Shown: in pieces, positions 38,320 to 50,104 of the stretch
How positions within the stretch are numbered: position 1 is the first letter of the stretch
Layout: each line of letters opens with the position of its first letter
Assembly: GCA_964016885.1 (NCBI GenBank)
Contig: OZ024755.1
Coordinates: forward strand, 31,558,001 to 31,622,000
Direction: 5' to 3'
DNA length: 64,000 bases
Source: Eledone cirrhosa
Taxonomy: Eukaryota
The notes under the pieces: model-generated
What the model saw: only the letters and a program-made list of their open reading frames with translations
What the model was told of the DNA's origin: nothing
Databases searched by the model: none
Position numbers and translations under genes: made by a program

Positions 38320-39391
38320 GGCACAGTGTCTGTGACCAGAAGCATCCAGCCTACAAAGCAGAATAGATTCGACTGTTGAGCAATGTTTCAGAAACATTAA
38401 GAACTTTCTTTTAAAAAGGGAAATAGACACAAAATGGAAATCCTTTAAAATAATCCTCAATTTACTCTTGACATCCTATACCACATGAAACCACATTACC
38501 AAAACAACACAATGACTGCAAATTTTCACAAGAATATGTCCACTATAAACATTTAGTATGAAGTAACATTATGACTGCATCAAACTGAGTTCAAATCTCG
38601 CCGAGGTTGACTTTGCCTTTCATCCTTATGCGGTCGATAAAATAAAGTACCAGTAATGCACTGGGTAATTGCTGGCCTTGTGCCTAAAGTAGAAACAATT
38701 ATGATCTTTACATTAAAATCTTTACTCTAGTACAGCAAATGTTCAAAAAGATCTGTCATTACCATATTTGTAATGAAAGTCTATAACTTTAACCCTTTCA
38801 TTACAATATTTCTAATGACTGCGGGCTCCTGACAAGACACTGCTGCATGTTGTTCAGGATTACCCACTCAGATTTTTTCCCAGTGGTCTGGAGACATTCC
38901 ATAATACGACAAAGTCTGGCTTACCAATCTCGATCTGTCTCTCTAACCATTGTGTATATGTCATATGACAAGAAGACGAAAGTGTAAAATCAATTAAATA
39001 AGGGTGGATATGATTGGCTAAACCTAGTGGTAGCTAGTGGTCAAGCATGGTCACAGTCCAATCAGCAACAAAAGAATAAAAGTGTATATCATCATCATCA
39101 TGTCTGTTTTCCCTGCTAACAAGGATTAAAGATGTCATTAAAGACTGGTCAGTACTTAAGCAGAGCCTCTGACCTCCAGGTGGACCGGGAGTCCAATATA
39201 TGATCCTATGCTCTACTGGGTGTACTTGATTGTGGTACCAATACTAGGGAAGTTGTCATGTCATTGGCACAGCTGAAGAGACTAACTCTTCCAATTACCA
39301 ACCACTTTACAGTGTACTGATGATTGTTTAGTGTGTAGATCACCAACACTAAAGAGGTTGCCATATCTATGACAGAAATGAAGAGTCCTGA

Positions 39392-39735
39392 TCATCATCA
39401 TCATCATTTCATTTTCCATCCGCTTTTTCCCTGCTTGCAAGGGTGGGACGAGAACTGATTCTGGCTTGATTTCTACAGCTGGATGCCCTTCTTAACACCA
39501 ACCTCATTTACAGTGAGTGCTGGGTGCTTTTTTGCCGTGGCACCTCCACGACCACTTTGCAGTGGAATGATATGGACCCCAGTCCCTATCATCTCATTTC
39601 TACAGCTGAGTAAACTGGAGCAATGTGAAATAAAGTGTCTTGCTCAAGGAAACAACACATCACCCGGTCTGAGAATTGAACTCACAACCTTTCGATTGCA
39701 AGGCCAATGCTCTAACCTCTAAGCCATGTGCCTCC
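39392..39735 (-). mobile_element. tRNA-derived CORE-like SINE, full length
   Basis: Near-identical to 3866-4200. Confidence 0.9.
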
Positions 39736-40031
39736 ATCTATATATATGGTTGGTGTTAGGAAGGGCATCCAGACGTAGAAAACCAGCCAGAAACACCCCT
39801 ATATGAGCAAGACACGGTTACCCGACGCAACTTGCCTCTAAATAGGAGCCGTCTAACCCATGCTAGCGTGGAAGATAGACGTTAATCGATGATGATGATG
39901 ATGATGATATATATATATGTGATTTCCAGAGATTGACTGAGGAAATGGGACTGGCCTTCTTTCTGTTGTTATTTTCCTTTGTCTTGATCCTGTGTACTCC
40001 CTATTTTCAACACACACACACAGACAGACAC

Positions 40032-40081
<50 letters not shown>

Positions 40082-40469
40082 TTGTGAGAGAGAGAGAGAG
40101 AGAGAGAGAAGAATGTTGTATTGCTACACAATGTGAAAATCAATATAGCAGAAATTTAGGGTAACCAGCCAACCAATGGTATGATGCTGTAATAACGGAG
40201 CAGTCACATCTATCTCTCATCTTCTCCATCTCTCTCACTGTCTTTCTGTTTCTCCTCCTCCTCTCCCTCTCTCACTGTAACACTATCTCTCCTCTCTTCC
40301 CCTCTTTCTCTCTCACTCTCTCTCTTCCTACAATCTAACCAACCAATATCAATCAATCCTAAACCATTTCAATACTGAACCATTTAACACCAATCCTGCT
40401 TCTATCAAACACAGCTGTTTAAATCACCGTTCATAATTATCTTAAAACCTCTCATCATAATTTTGTGTG

Positions 40470-41230
40470 AGAACCTTTGTTAAGTTATGTTCCAAACACC
40501 AGCTTATAATTTATATTACTTGATTATTTTGAAAATGTTTTAAAAATCACAAGCTGTCTTTCATTGCAAATATGTTAATAGAAGGGTTAATGACATAGAC
40601 AGTGTCTTTCATTAGAAATATGGTAATTAAAGGGTTAATGACATCTACAGTGTTTTTCATTAGAAATATGGTAATGGAAGGGTTAATGACATAGACAGTG
40701 TCTTTCATTAGAAATATGGTTATGGAAGGGTTAATGACATAGACAGTGTCTTTCATTAGAAATATGGTTATGGAAGGGTTAATGACATAGACAGTGTCTT
40801 TCATTAGAAACATGGTAATGGAAGGGTTAATGACATAGACAGTGTCTTTCATTAGAAACATGGTAATGGAAGGGTTAATGACATAGACAGTGTCTTTCAT
40901 TAGAAATATGGTAATGGAAGGGTGAAAGACATAGGTAGTGTCTTTCATTAGAAATATGGAAATGAAAGGGTTAATGACATAGGTAGTGTCTTTCATTAGA
41001 AATATGGAAATGAAAGGGTTAATGACATAGGTAGTGTCTTTCATTGCAAATGAAAGGGTTAAGGTGTTTATACTTTCCTAAAAACCTTCCATTATAATTT
41101 TATGTAAGAACCAAACACCAGCTTAAAATTAAGAAAACTACTAAATCTCACTAAATTCTTGATTATTTTCAAAATGATTTGAAAATGATAGTGTCTTTTA
41201 TGGGAAATAGAGCAACAAAAGGTTAATTCT
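40470..41230 (-). repeat. 48-bp TTAACCCTTT minisatellite with MITE bodies, inverted orientation
   Basis: About 10 copies, reverse complement of the 30970 unit. Confidence 0.85.
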
Positions 41231-41429
41231 AAGGTTGGTTGTGTTCAACTGTACTTGGACTGTTGAGCAGGTATTTTGTGATCATGTGTGACTGTAAGAT
41301 ATAGAGTAAATATTAAAGCCTGATAAACTCTGTGGAAAGAGAGTGGTGAGTGATGATGTGGGGTACACTATTAATATATAAATAGCTTACATTCACACGA
41401 GATATAATGAGAACTGCAGTAACAACAGT

Positions 41430-41715
41430 AACACCACCACCATCATCAATGCCACCACTACCACCACCAACAACAATGCCACCACCACCACCACCACCAA
41501 CAACAACAACACCACTGCCACCACCACCACCACCAACAACGCCACCACCACCAGCACCAACAACACCACTGCCACCACCACCAACAAAAACAACGCCACC
41601 ACCACCACTGCCACCACCACCACCACCAATAACACCACCACTGCCACCACCACCAACAACAACAACAACGCCACCACCACCACCAACAACAACACCACTG
41701 CCACCACCACCACTA
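41430..41715. repeat. (CCA/ACA) trinucleotide repeat
   Basis: Low-complexity triplets. Confidence 0.9.
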
Positions 41716-41858
41716 CAAAGGTCAAGATGAACTGCTTAGAACATGCTTACATTCTATCACATATTTTATATAAACTAATTTTCCTCTTTCACTCCTTTCC
41801 TTCTCTCTCTCACTCACTACTAGTTTCCGTCTCTCTCTCTCACTCACTACTAGTTTCC

Positions 41859-41897
<39 letters not shown>

Positions 41898-42224
41898 TAC
41901 TAGTTTCCGTCTCTCTCTCTCTCATTCTCACACTAGTAGTTTCCTTTTCTTTTTCCAAAGCTAACAATCTCACTCTCTCTGTATTTTCCTCATCTCTTTC
42001 TCCTTCTAAATTACTCAATCTCCCCCTCTCTCCTACTTCAACCTATCTCTGTCTGCCTCACTCTCCCTATCTCTCTCATACAGAGAACAGGGCCTATCTA
42101 ATCAGTTAATAAACACTGCTAACAAATAGTTCTGAATGAAGAGGTGGGCAAAAGTTCAGGGAGCTGCTGGCAACAAAGGGATTCTTTCCCTGATCAAAGA
42201 GAAGATTGTTTGAATTTCATGTAG

Positions 42225-44132
42225 TTACTGTAGCAAGGTAGTGTGACATGGGCTGTGACTATTGTAGTGTAGCAAGGTAGTAACATGGGCAGTGACTACT
42301 GTACTGTAGTGTAGCAAGGTAGTGTGACATGGGCAGTGACTACTGTAGTGTAGTGTAGCAACGTAGTGTGACATGGGCTGTGACTATTGTAGTGTAGCAA
42401 GGTAGTGTGACATGGGCTGTGACTATTGTAGTGTAGCAAGGTAGTAACATGGGCAGTGACTACTGTACTGTAGTGTAGCAAGGTAGTGTGACATAGGCAG
42501 TGACTACTGTAGTATAGTGTAGCAACGTAGTGTGACATGGGCTGTGACTATTGTAGTGTAGCAAGGTAGTAACATGGGCAGTGACTACTGTAGTGTAGTG
42601 TAGCAACGTAGTGTGACATGGGCAGTGACTACTGTAGTGTAGCAAGGTAGTAACATGGGCAGTGACTACTGTACTGTAGTGTAGCAACGTAGTGTGACAT
42701 GGGCAGTGACTACTGTAGTGTAGCAAGGTAGTAACATGGGCAGTGACTACTGTACTGTAGTGTAGCAACGTAGTGTGACATGGGCTGTGACTATTGTAGT
42801 GTAGCAAGGTAGTAACATGGGCAGTGACTACTGTACTGTAGTGTAGCAACGTAGTGTGACATAGGCTGTGACTACTGTAGTGTAGCAAGGTAGTAACATG
42901 GGCAGTGACTACTGTAGTGTAGTGTAGCAACGTAGTGTGACATAGGCTGTGACTACTGTAGTGTAGCAAGGTAGTAACATGGGCAGTGACTACTGTAGTG
43001 TAGTGTAGCAAGGTAGTGTGACATGGGCAGTGACTACTGTAGTATAGTGTAGCAACGTAGTGTGACATGGGCTGTGACTATTGTAGTGTAGCAAGGTAGT
43101 AACATGGGCAGTGACTACTGTAGTGTAGTGTAGCAACGTAGTGTGACATGGGCAGTGACTACTGTAGTATAGTGTAGCAACGTAGTGTGACATGGGCTGT
43201 GACTATTGTAGTGTAGCAAGGTAGTAACATGGGCAGTGACTACTGTAGTGTAGTGTAGCAACGTAGTGTGACATGGGCTGTGACTACTGTAGTGTAGCAA
43301 GGTAGTAACATGGGCAGTGACTACTGTACTGTAGTGTAGCAAGGTAGTGTGACATAGGCAGTGACTACTGTAGTGTAGCAAGGTAGTAACATGGGCAGTG
43401 ACTACTGTACTGTAGTGTAGCAAGGTAGTGTGACATGGGCAGTGACTACTGTACTGTAGTGTAGCAAGGTAGTGTGACATAGGCAGTGACTACTGTAGTG
43501 TAGCAAGGTAGTAACATGGGCAGTGACTACTGTACTGTAGTGTAGCAAGGTAGTGTGACATAGGCAGTGACTACTGTAGTATAGTGTAGCAACGTAGTGT
43601 GACATGGGCAGTGACTACTGTAGTGTAGTGTAGCAACGTAGTGTGACATGGGCTGTGACTACTGTACTGTAGTGTAGCAAGGTAGTGTGACATGGGCAGT
43701 GACTACTGTACTGTAGTGTAGCAAGGTAGTGTGACATGGGCTGTGACTACTGTACTGTAGTGTAGCAAGGTAGTGTGACATGGGCAGTGACTACTGTACT
43801 GTAGTGTAGCAAAGTAGTGTGACATAGGCAGTGACTACTGTAGTGTAGCAAGGTAGTAACATGGGCAGTGACTACTGTACTGTAGTGTAGCAAGGTAGTG
43901 TGACATGGGCAGTGACTACTGTAGTGTAGTGTAGCAAGGTAGTGTGACATGGGCAGTGACTACTGTACTGTAGTGTAGCAAGGTAGTGTGACATGGGCAG
44001 TGACTACTGTACTGTAGTGTAGCAAAGTAGTGTGACATAGGCAGTGACTACTGTAGTGTAGCAAGGTAGTAACATGGGCAGTGACTACTGTAGTATAGTG
44101 TAGCAACGTAGTGTGACATGGGCAGTGACTAC
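42225..44132. repeat. Composite ~37-44 bp minisatellite (GTAGTGTAGCAAGGTAGTGTGACATGGGCAGTGACTACT)
   Basis: About 46 variant copies with 5-bp and 2-bp indel variants. Confidence 0.95.
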
Positions 44133-44190
44133 AAAAGATATATCAAAGCTGCAGAGAAATGTAGCAAACATAATTTGATGGATGTGTAAC

Positions 44191-44408
44191 ATTAACCCTT
44201 TAGCATTCACATTATTTTATATATACTATTATATTTTCATGGTAAAAGTTTTACCTCACATAATTATCTCACATAATATCGAATCTATGAGATTTTGAAA
44301 GCATTTATTTTGAGAACAATACCTTAACATAGGTTTGAGTGACCAGTTACAGCCAGTTTCAACAGAAAGAGATAGAGATTCTGGCCGGTTTGAACATTAA
44401 AGGGTTAA
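44191..44408. mobile_element. TTAA-flanked piggyBac-like MITE
   Basis: TTAACCCTTTAGCATTC … GAACATTAAAGGGTTAA inverted termini; second copy at 21417-21632. Confidence 0.75.
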
Positions 44409-44409
44409 T

Positions 44410-45180
44410 GTACATGAATGAAGAAGTCTAGATGAACTGAGAGCAATAAGTAGGCTTAAGAGTAATTTATAAGAGAGAAGATTGTGTTGGGTGAAACAGT
44501 GCTAAGAGTTCCGTGTGGAAGGAAGCTGAGGAAGACCATGTGGCCAGATTTGGTAAAACTAGTCTCAAAATGCTGAACCTCAGAGATGAGGTGCCGCAGG
44601 AAACAAAAGAGCAGAGAGATGCTTTAATGGGGAGAAGAGTGTGTGATGCTACACAGTAATGAGACATGGGCAGTGTACAAAGAGGATATGCTTTGACAGA
44701 TCTGTGCAATGTTAATGTAAAAGAACGATAGAGCTTCGATGAACTGAGAGAAAAACTGGGTATAGGAAGAATCAGATGTAGTGTGTCAGAGAGGAGACTG
44801 TGATGCTAAGGACATTTGATGTACAAGAATGGTGATAGCTGGGTAAAGAAGTGCCAGGAAATCCCACTAGAAGGAAATCTCAATTGAGGAATACCAAGGA
44901 AGACGTGGGTAGAAATGGTGAGAGCTGATCTCAAATCAATGAAACTCAAAGAGGAGATGAAGGAATGCAACCAGCGGAGAGATGATGTGCTGAGAAAGGA
45001 CATGTCCAACCCATGCAGAACTAAAAATAATGATGGTGAGATGGGTAAAGATATATTATATATACTGCAAAGTATATCGATGATGAGTGCCAGGGGTTCC
45101 AAGAGGAAGACCAAGAAGATGTGGGTGGAAATGGTGAAATCTGACTTCAAGATGGAAAGTAGACATGAAATAATGATCAT
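44410..45180 (+). mobile_element. Degraded RTE LINE 3' fragments
   Basis: [20 protein letters not shown] motifs, repeated. Confidence 0.7.
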
Positions 45181-45219
45181 TATTATTTCTGAAGTTTTAT
45201 TAGTAGTAATTGCAACCAG

Positions 45220-45314
<95 letters not shown>

Positions 45315-45315
<1 letters not shown>

Positions 45316-46037
45316 CTGTATATATATAAAGACAAAGTTTTCTGTATGTGTGTGTGGACAATTTTTAATGAGGGCTCATATATTCTAAACCATTCATGCA
45401 ATTTCTTTGAAATTGTTTACAGAGCTTCTCCTTGCACAAAACCTGTACATGATCTACAAAGGCTTTCAAAAATCGATATTGGGGCCTTTGGAGACATTAA
45501 AAAAGTTTCGGTTATTTGTGTCAATTTTTGTGATTAAGTAAGACAAGAGTTATCTTTTGTAATTCGGCTCATTCAGATTTTAACTTACTCTTTGTACTTG
45601 AAACAAAGGTACGCTTCCTTGAGACTAACAATATCATTTTGTATATTTCACAACCAGCAATTTCTAACAGATTACTAAGTTAAGTTATAGATTTGACATT
45701 GTATAATTTATTGTCAGTTCCCCCCTGTTATGTCCAATCTGTATTGTTATTCCAGCTTATGTATGTAATAGGGTCTATTATTCACTTCACTTCTCTATTT
45801 CATGATGCGCTTTTACTGTTGTCAAAAAAATTTGTACCTAGACTGGATTTCTGTTGTTACATGGTATAATGGATGACACCGAGCTCACATATTAATTATT
45901 TCGCTGGAATAGTGCCTAAGGTTTTCATGTTTACATAAAGTACATTTTTCTTCTACGTATTCAAATTTACTTTGTTTAGTTTAATGAGCTGCATCAAAAG
46001 CTACTTGAACCGTCCAAAGGACAGGTACTTTAGATAG
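45315..46037 (+). mobile_element. Helitron-like non-autonomous element
   Basis: A|TCTGTATATATATAAAG start; CCGTCC-AAA-GGACAGG hairpin then GATAG|T end (CTAG variant). Confidence 0.6.
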
Positions 46038-46106
46038 TATATATGTATAGGTTATATATATATATACACATATACATATATACATACATATACATACATA
46101 CATATC

Positions 46107-46156
<50 letters not shown>

Positions 46157-46217
46157 AACTCGTCCCATGGACTCAATGTTCTACCACTACAGATATTACC
46201 TTCCAGTGTTCTACCTT

Positions 46218-46275
<58 letters not shown>

Positions 46276-46292
46276 TACATATATACACATAT

Positions 46293-46671
46293 ATCATCAT
46301 CATCGTTTTACGTCCGTTCTTCCACGCTAGCATGGGTTAGATGGGTTGTCCTGTTGTGGGCAGTGTCCGGTCGGCTGACCTTGTCTTGCTCATATGGGAA
46401 CTGATTCTGGGTTGATTTTTACAGCTGGATGCTCTTCCTAACACCAACCTCATTTACAGTGAGTGCTGGGTCCTTTTTTGCCGTGGCACCTCCATGACCA
46501 CTTTGCAGTGGAATGATAGGGAACCCAGTCCTATCATCTCATTTCTACAGCTGAGTAAACTGGAGCAATGTGGAATAAAGTGTCTTGCTCAAGGAAACAA
46601 CGCATCACCCGGTCCGAGAATTGAACTCACAACCTTTCGATTGCAATGCCAATGCTCTAACCACTAAGCCA
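46293..46671 (-). mobile_element. CORE-like SINE subfamily with longer tail (ACCCATGCTAGCGTGGAAG)
   Basis: Same head and core as 3866; tail matches the RTE 3' ends at 17765-17820 and 57460-57500. Confidence 0.85.
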
Positions 46672-46832
46672 CATATATATATATATATATACATATATAC
46701 ACATATATATACATATATACACTTATATATATATACATATATACACACAAGTGGTGAGATACTGTGCTGAATAGGAACCGTCCCACCCTTGCAAGCAGGG
46801 AAAAGCGAACGTAAAATGATGATATATATATA

Positions 46833-46917
<85 letters not shown>

Positions 46918-46959
46918 GAAAGTATAGAAATTATTAATATATATAAATATATATATATA

Positions 46960-47236
46960 TATATAAAGTTCTATTTAAATTGTTGGGATACAACAAGCAA
47001 ATATTTTTATAACTGATATAAAGCACTCAACAAATATTTGGAGTAAAAATACGATATTAACAAATGGAAACTATATTTATAAAACCATATTTATTTCATT
47101 CAAGGACACCAAGTTAAATTATGGTGTGCTTTCATCAGATAAAATGAAAGCACACCATAATTTAACTTGGTGTCCTTGAAATATGTATAATGAAATAAAT
47201 ATGGTTTTATAAATATAGTTTCCATTTGTTAATATC

Positions 47237-47240
<4 letters not shown>
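46960..47240. mobile_element. Penelope-like pLTR fragments in inverted arrangement with two incomplete hammerheads
   Basis: Palindrome 47049-47240; same family as 49218-49590 and 58265-58530. Confidence 0.7.
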
Positions 47241-47272
<32 letters not shown>

Positions 47273-47506
47273 CATTATTTAATATTAATTTTTTCCATGA
47301 TGGCATATATACATATATAATTATATATATATATACCCACACACACACACATACATACACATAAATATACATATGTGTGTGTAATCTGACTAAGAATCAT
47401 ACTACACTCCATTCAACTAAAAGAATTGTTTACATCAAATTGAAAACTAAAAGTCTGACCTAGATGTATATATCTATGTATATGTATGTATGTATATATA
47501 TATATA

Positions 47507-47725
47507 ATCATCATTTTACGTCCACTTTTCCCTGCTTGCAAGGGTCGGATGAATCCTATTCAGCACAGCATCTCTCCACTTGTCACGGTCCTTCGTCATC
47601 TCCTCCGTGAGTTTCAGCGATCTGAGGTCTGCTCTCACCACCTCCACCCATGTTTTTCGTGGTCTTCCTCTTCTGTGTCTTCCTTATACTGGGATTTCTT
47701 GGCACTTCTTTACCCAGCAGTCATC
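47507..47725 (-). mobile_element. RTE LINE 3' fragment
   Basis: Reverse complement of 60455-60680. Confidence 0.85.
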
Positions 47726-47823
47726 CCCCAGTATCAAGAAAAGAATATCTTTTTGGAATTTTTTTTAAATTTACAGATTTTTTTTAAGGAATTTTCAATG
47801 TTTTCAAGTTTTTACAGGTTTTA

Positions 47824-47881
47824 CCGTCTGAAGAGATCAGGCTACCAGAACTGATAGTCCTTAGTGAAATATGTATAACAG
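47824..47881 (+). ncRNA. Hammerhead-like motif, partly degenerate
   Basis: CCGT-CTGAAGA-imperfect stem II-GAAA-TATGTA-TA^ACAG, with AATAAA downstream. Confidence 0.45.
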
Positions 47882-47946
47882 AGTTTTAAATAAACCTGAA
47901 TCAACTGATGGGTTAGACGGATATATATATATATAAACATACATAG

Positions 47947-47996
<50 letters not shown>

Positions 47997-48066
47997 AGGG
48001 AGTGTAACTTGGAGTTACTGTAGGTTATCGGCATATTACAGTAGGATGTCACAGATAAACAACAAA

Positions 48067-48165
<99 letters not shown>

Positions 48166-48612
48166 ATGTTGTTGTTGTTGTTTATCTGTGACATCCTACT
48201 GTAATGTGTCAATAGAATTATCCTGCCAACTAGAATTATCGAGATTAAAACAACTATCTCTATATACACTGTCTGTGTATGAACCAATGAGGGAGGTCAT
48301 TACGTGTTACTTGCTAGAAATAGCAGCCAAAGCTACCTCAAATCATAACCTCCTATTATAAGGAGTTACATTAGATGATATATTCCTATATAATGGGATA
48401 TAGCAGAAATGTGTTTAACCCTAGGTGTGAACAACCAGTGCTGACCTATATCTAAACAACAGCAGCTAGGAGTGTTTAGCATGTTTCAAATAGCTATCAG
48501 CCGAGATCCTTTATTAATGTGCTCATATTCAAGTTAACCCTTTGATACAAACCCAGCGAAAACCCCCTTGAGTTCTATGAAACAAAACCATTCATTTTAA
48601 AGAAGTCTTATT

Positions 48613-49160
48613 TAAATTTAAATCTTCCAACATATCAGAACCTTTTATTAAGTTATATTAGAAATACTTAATAATGAAATAATTAATTATTCTAGTCTGG
48701 GGAGTGGTCTACAGCTATACGGTCTCCACTGAAAGAGAGGAATGTGTATGTGGGTTCCACAAATACCGAGTTCAAATCCCTATTCCACAACCACATGTGC
48801 TCCTTAGACACAGAAGCAAGGGGTCCAACACTAATCTTGCCGAGTGCGTTTGGAGGTTCAAGGATGAGAAACAGAACTTCAAATTGAGGTGGAAAAACCC
48901 AGAGCACCAATACCCTTTTTTGTGAGCGTATTTTTATGATGTGTTGGACCCCTTGCTTCTGTGTCTAAAGGAGCACATGTGGTTGTGGAATAGGGATTTG
49001 AACTCGGTACTTGTGGAACCCACATACACATTCCTCTCTTTCAGTGGAGACCGTATAGCTGTAGACCACTCCCCAGACTAGAATAATTAATTATTTCATT
49101 ATTAAGTATTTCTAATATAACTTAATAAAAGGTTCTGATATGTTGGAAGATTTAAATTTA
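48613..49160. mobile_element. Penelope GIY-YIG endonuclease fragment within a ~219-bp-arm inverted repeat
   Basis: VVYSYTV…VYVGSTNTEFK…HNH…TNLAECVWRFKD…LRWK with frameshifts; arms 48613-48831 and 48941-49160. Confidence 0.75.
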
Positions 49161-49186
49161 TATGTATGTATTTGTAAGTGTGTGTG

Positions 49187-49220
<34 letters not shown>

Positions 49221-49260
49221 CGATATTAATAAATGGAAACTATATTTATAAAACCATATT

Positions 49261-49325
49261 TATTTCATTATACATATTTCAGGGATACCAAATTAAATTA
49301 TGGCATGCCTTCATCAGACAAAATA
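49261..49325 (-). ncRNA. Minimal type I hammerhead ribozyme motif
   Basis: TATTTTGT-CTGATGA-AGGCATGCCA…TGGTATCCCT-GAAA-TATGTA-TA^ATGAAATA. Confidence 0.7.
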
Positions 49326-49397
49326 CAATATATAACAGTTTTACAAATAAGCTTTGACGTACCCTATTAAGCTTATTTGTAAAACTGTTATATATTG

Positions 49398-49462
49398 TAT
49401 TTTTTCTGATGAAGGCATACCATAATTTAATTTGGTATCCCTGAAATATGTATAATGAAATA
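49398..49462 (+). ncRNA. Minimal type I hammerhead ribozyme motif
   Basis: TATTTTTT-CTGATGA-AGGCATACCA…TGGTATCCCT-GAAA-TATGTA-TA^ATGAAATA, followed by AATAAA. Confidence 0.7.
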
Positions 49463-49590
49463 AATATGGTTTTATAAATATAGTTTCCATTTATTAATAT
49501 CGTATATCTACTCCAAATACTTGTCGAGTGTTTTATATCAGTTATAAAAATATTTACTTGTTGTATCCCAACAATTTTAAATACAACTTT

Positions 49591-49642
<52 letters not shown>

Positions 49643-50104
49643 TGCATGTATATGCATGTGTGTATGTATATGTATGTGCATGTACAATTTCTACATGTGA
49701 GAGAGTGTGTGTGTATGTGTGTGATCGTGTATACGTGGATATATTTCTTTATTTATATCCGTTAATTTTGTTTTGTTTTTGTTAACAGTTTTTCCTTGCA
49801 ATGCTCCAGATGAATTCGTGTGTCCGTTGAATTGTAGGCCCGTGATTGGTCATTCTACAGGCTTGTTTGTGTTTTTGTTGTGTTAACACTGATCTGAGGA
49901 ACAGAAAGACTTAAAGTGTAGTCTGGGGTGCCGAGACAGATCACGAGCCGGCTACTTGAGACACATTTCTAACCAGAATTGAGCAATAAATCTCCTATAT
50001 AACATCTCCACTTTATTCTTATTGTATACTCTCTGCTCTGCATTGAGTGATGACTTTGGTTCTCTCACCAGTTTTTCTACTGAACTTTCAGCACACACAC
50101 ACAC

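Noticed and set aside
41407-41730. Proline-rich (formin/extensin-like) ORF
   Set aside because: Simple CCA/ACA microsatellite without codon diversity or flanking domains.
42225-44132. CRISPR-like appearance of regularly spaced repeats (also other arrays)
   Set aside because: No unique spacers and no cas genes; eukaryotic minisatellites.
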